Assembly (NCBI GenBank): GCA_002633005.1
Contig: NMRA01000293.1
Coordinates: 385,707 to 449,706 of the forward strand
DNA: 64,000 nucleotides
Reading direction: 5' to 3'
Origin: Phoronis australis
Lineage: Eukaryota > Animalia > Phoronida
Numbering within the stretch: position 1 is the first letter of the stretch; each line of letters starts with the position of its first letter. This document shows, piece by piece, positions 63,924 to 64,000 of the stretch. The position numbers were made by a program, and so were the translations under genes. The notes below the pieces were generated by a model that worked only from the letters and a program-made list of their open reading frames with translations, did no database searches and had not been told where the DNA came from.

Positions 63924-64000
63924 CTACGGGAAAGATAGAAAATTCATATGGCTGGCGTATAAATATCACACCAATTGTACAAGTACAAAATCCCAAAGGT

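Overview
This is an intron-rich animal genomic scaffold, probably from a marine invertebrate such as a lophotrochozoan; the taxon is inferred. It has assembly gaps at 2138, 5152-5497 and 42090-42098. I assembled the gene models by eye from GT-AG junctions and phase matching, and family calls rest on remembered sequence similarity, not database searches. In order, the genes are: the 3' end of geminin (+), next to a probable false duplication; a small two-exon gene with a GFRP/KCTD-CTD-like fold (-); a giant ~1,938-aa secreted galaxin-like di-cysteine repeat protein (-); a ~28-kb multi-exon SHOC1/C9orf84 meiotic crossover gene (+); mitochondrial ClpP (-); a CARD domain fused to an APPBP2-like helical/TPR region (+), head-to-head with ClpP; and the 3' end of a VWC-repeat gene (-) apparently nested in that gene's intron. 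Mobile elements include a decayed RTEX-like LINE with ~160-bp flanking direct repeats, a mariner remnant, a Transib-like element (CAC..GTG ends, 5-bp TSD), a hAT-like MITE with a 6-bp TSD and several other MITEs. The most promising leads are the CARD-APPBP2-like fusion, the hierarchical galaxin repeat protein and the stand-alone GFRP-like protein.
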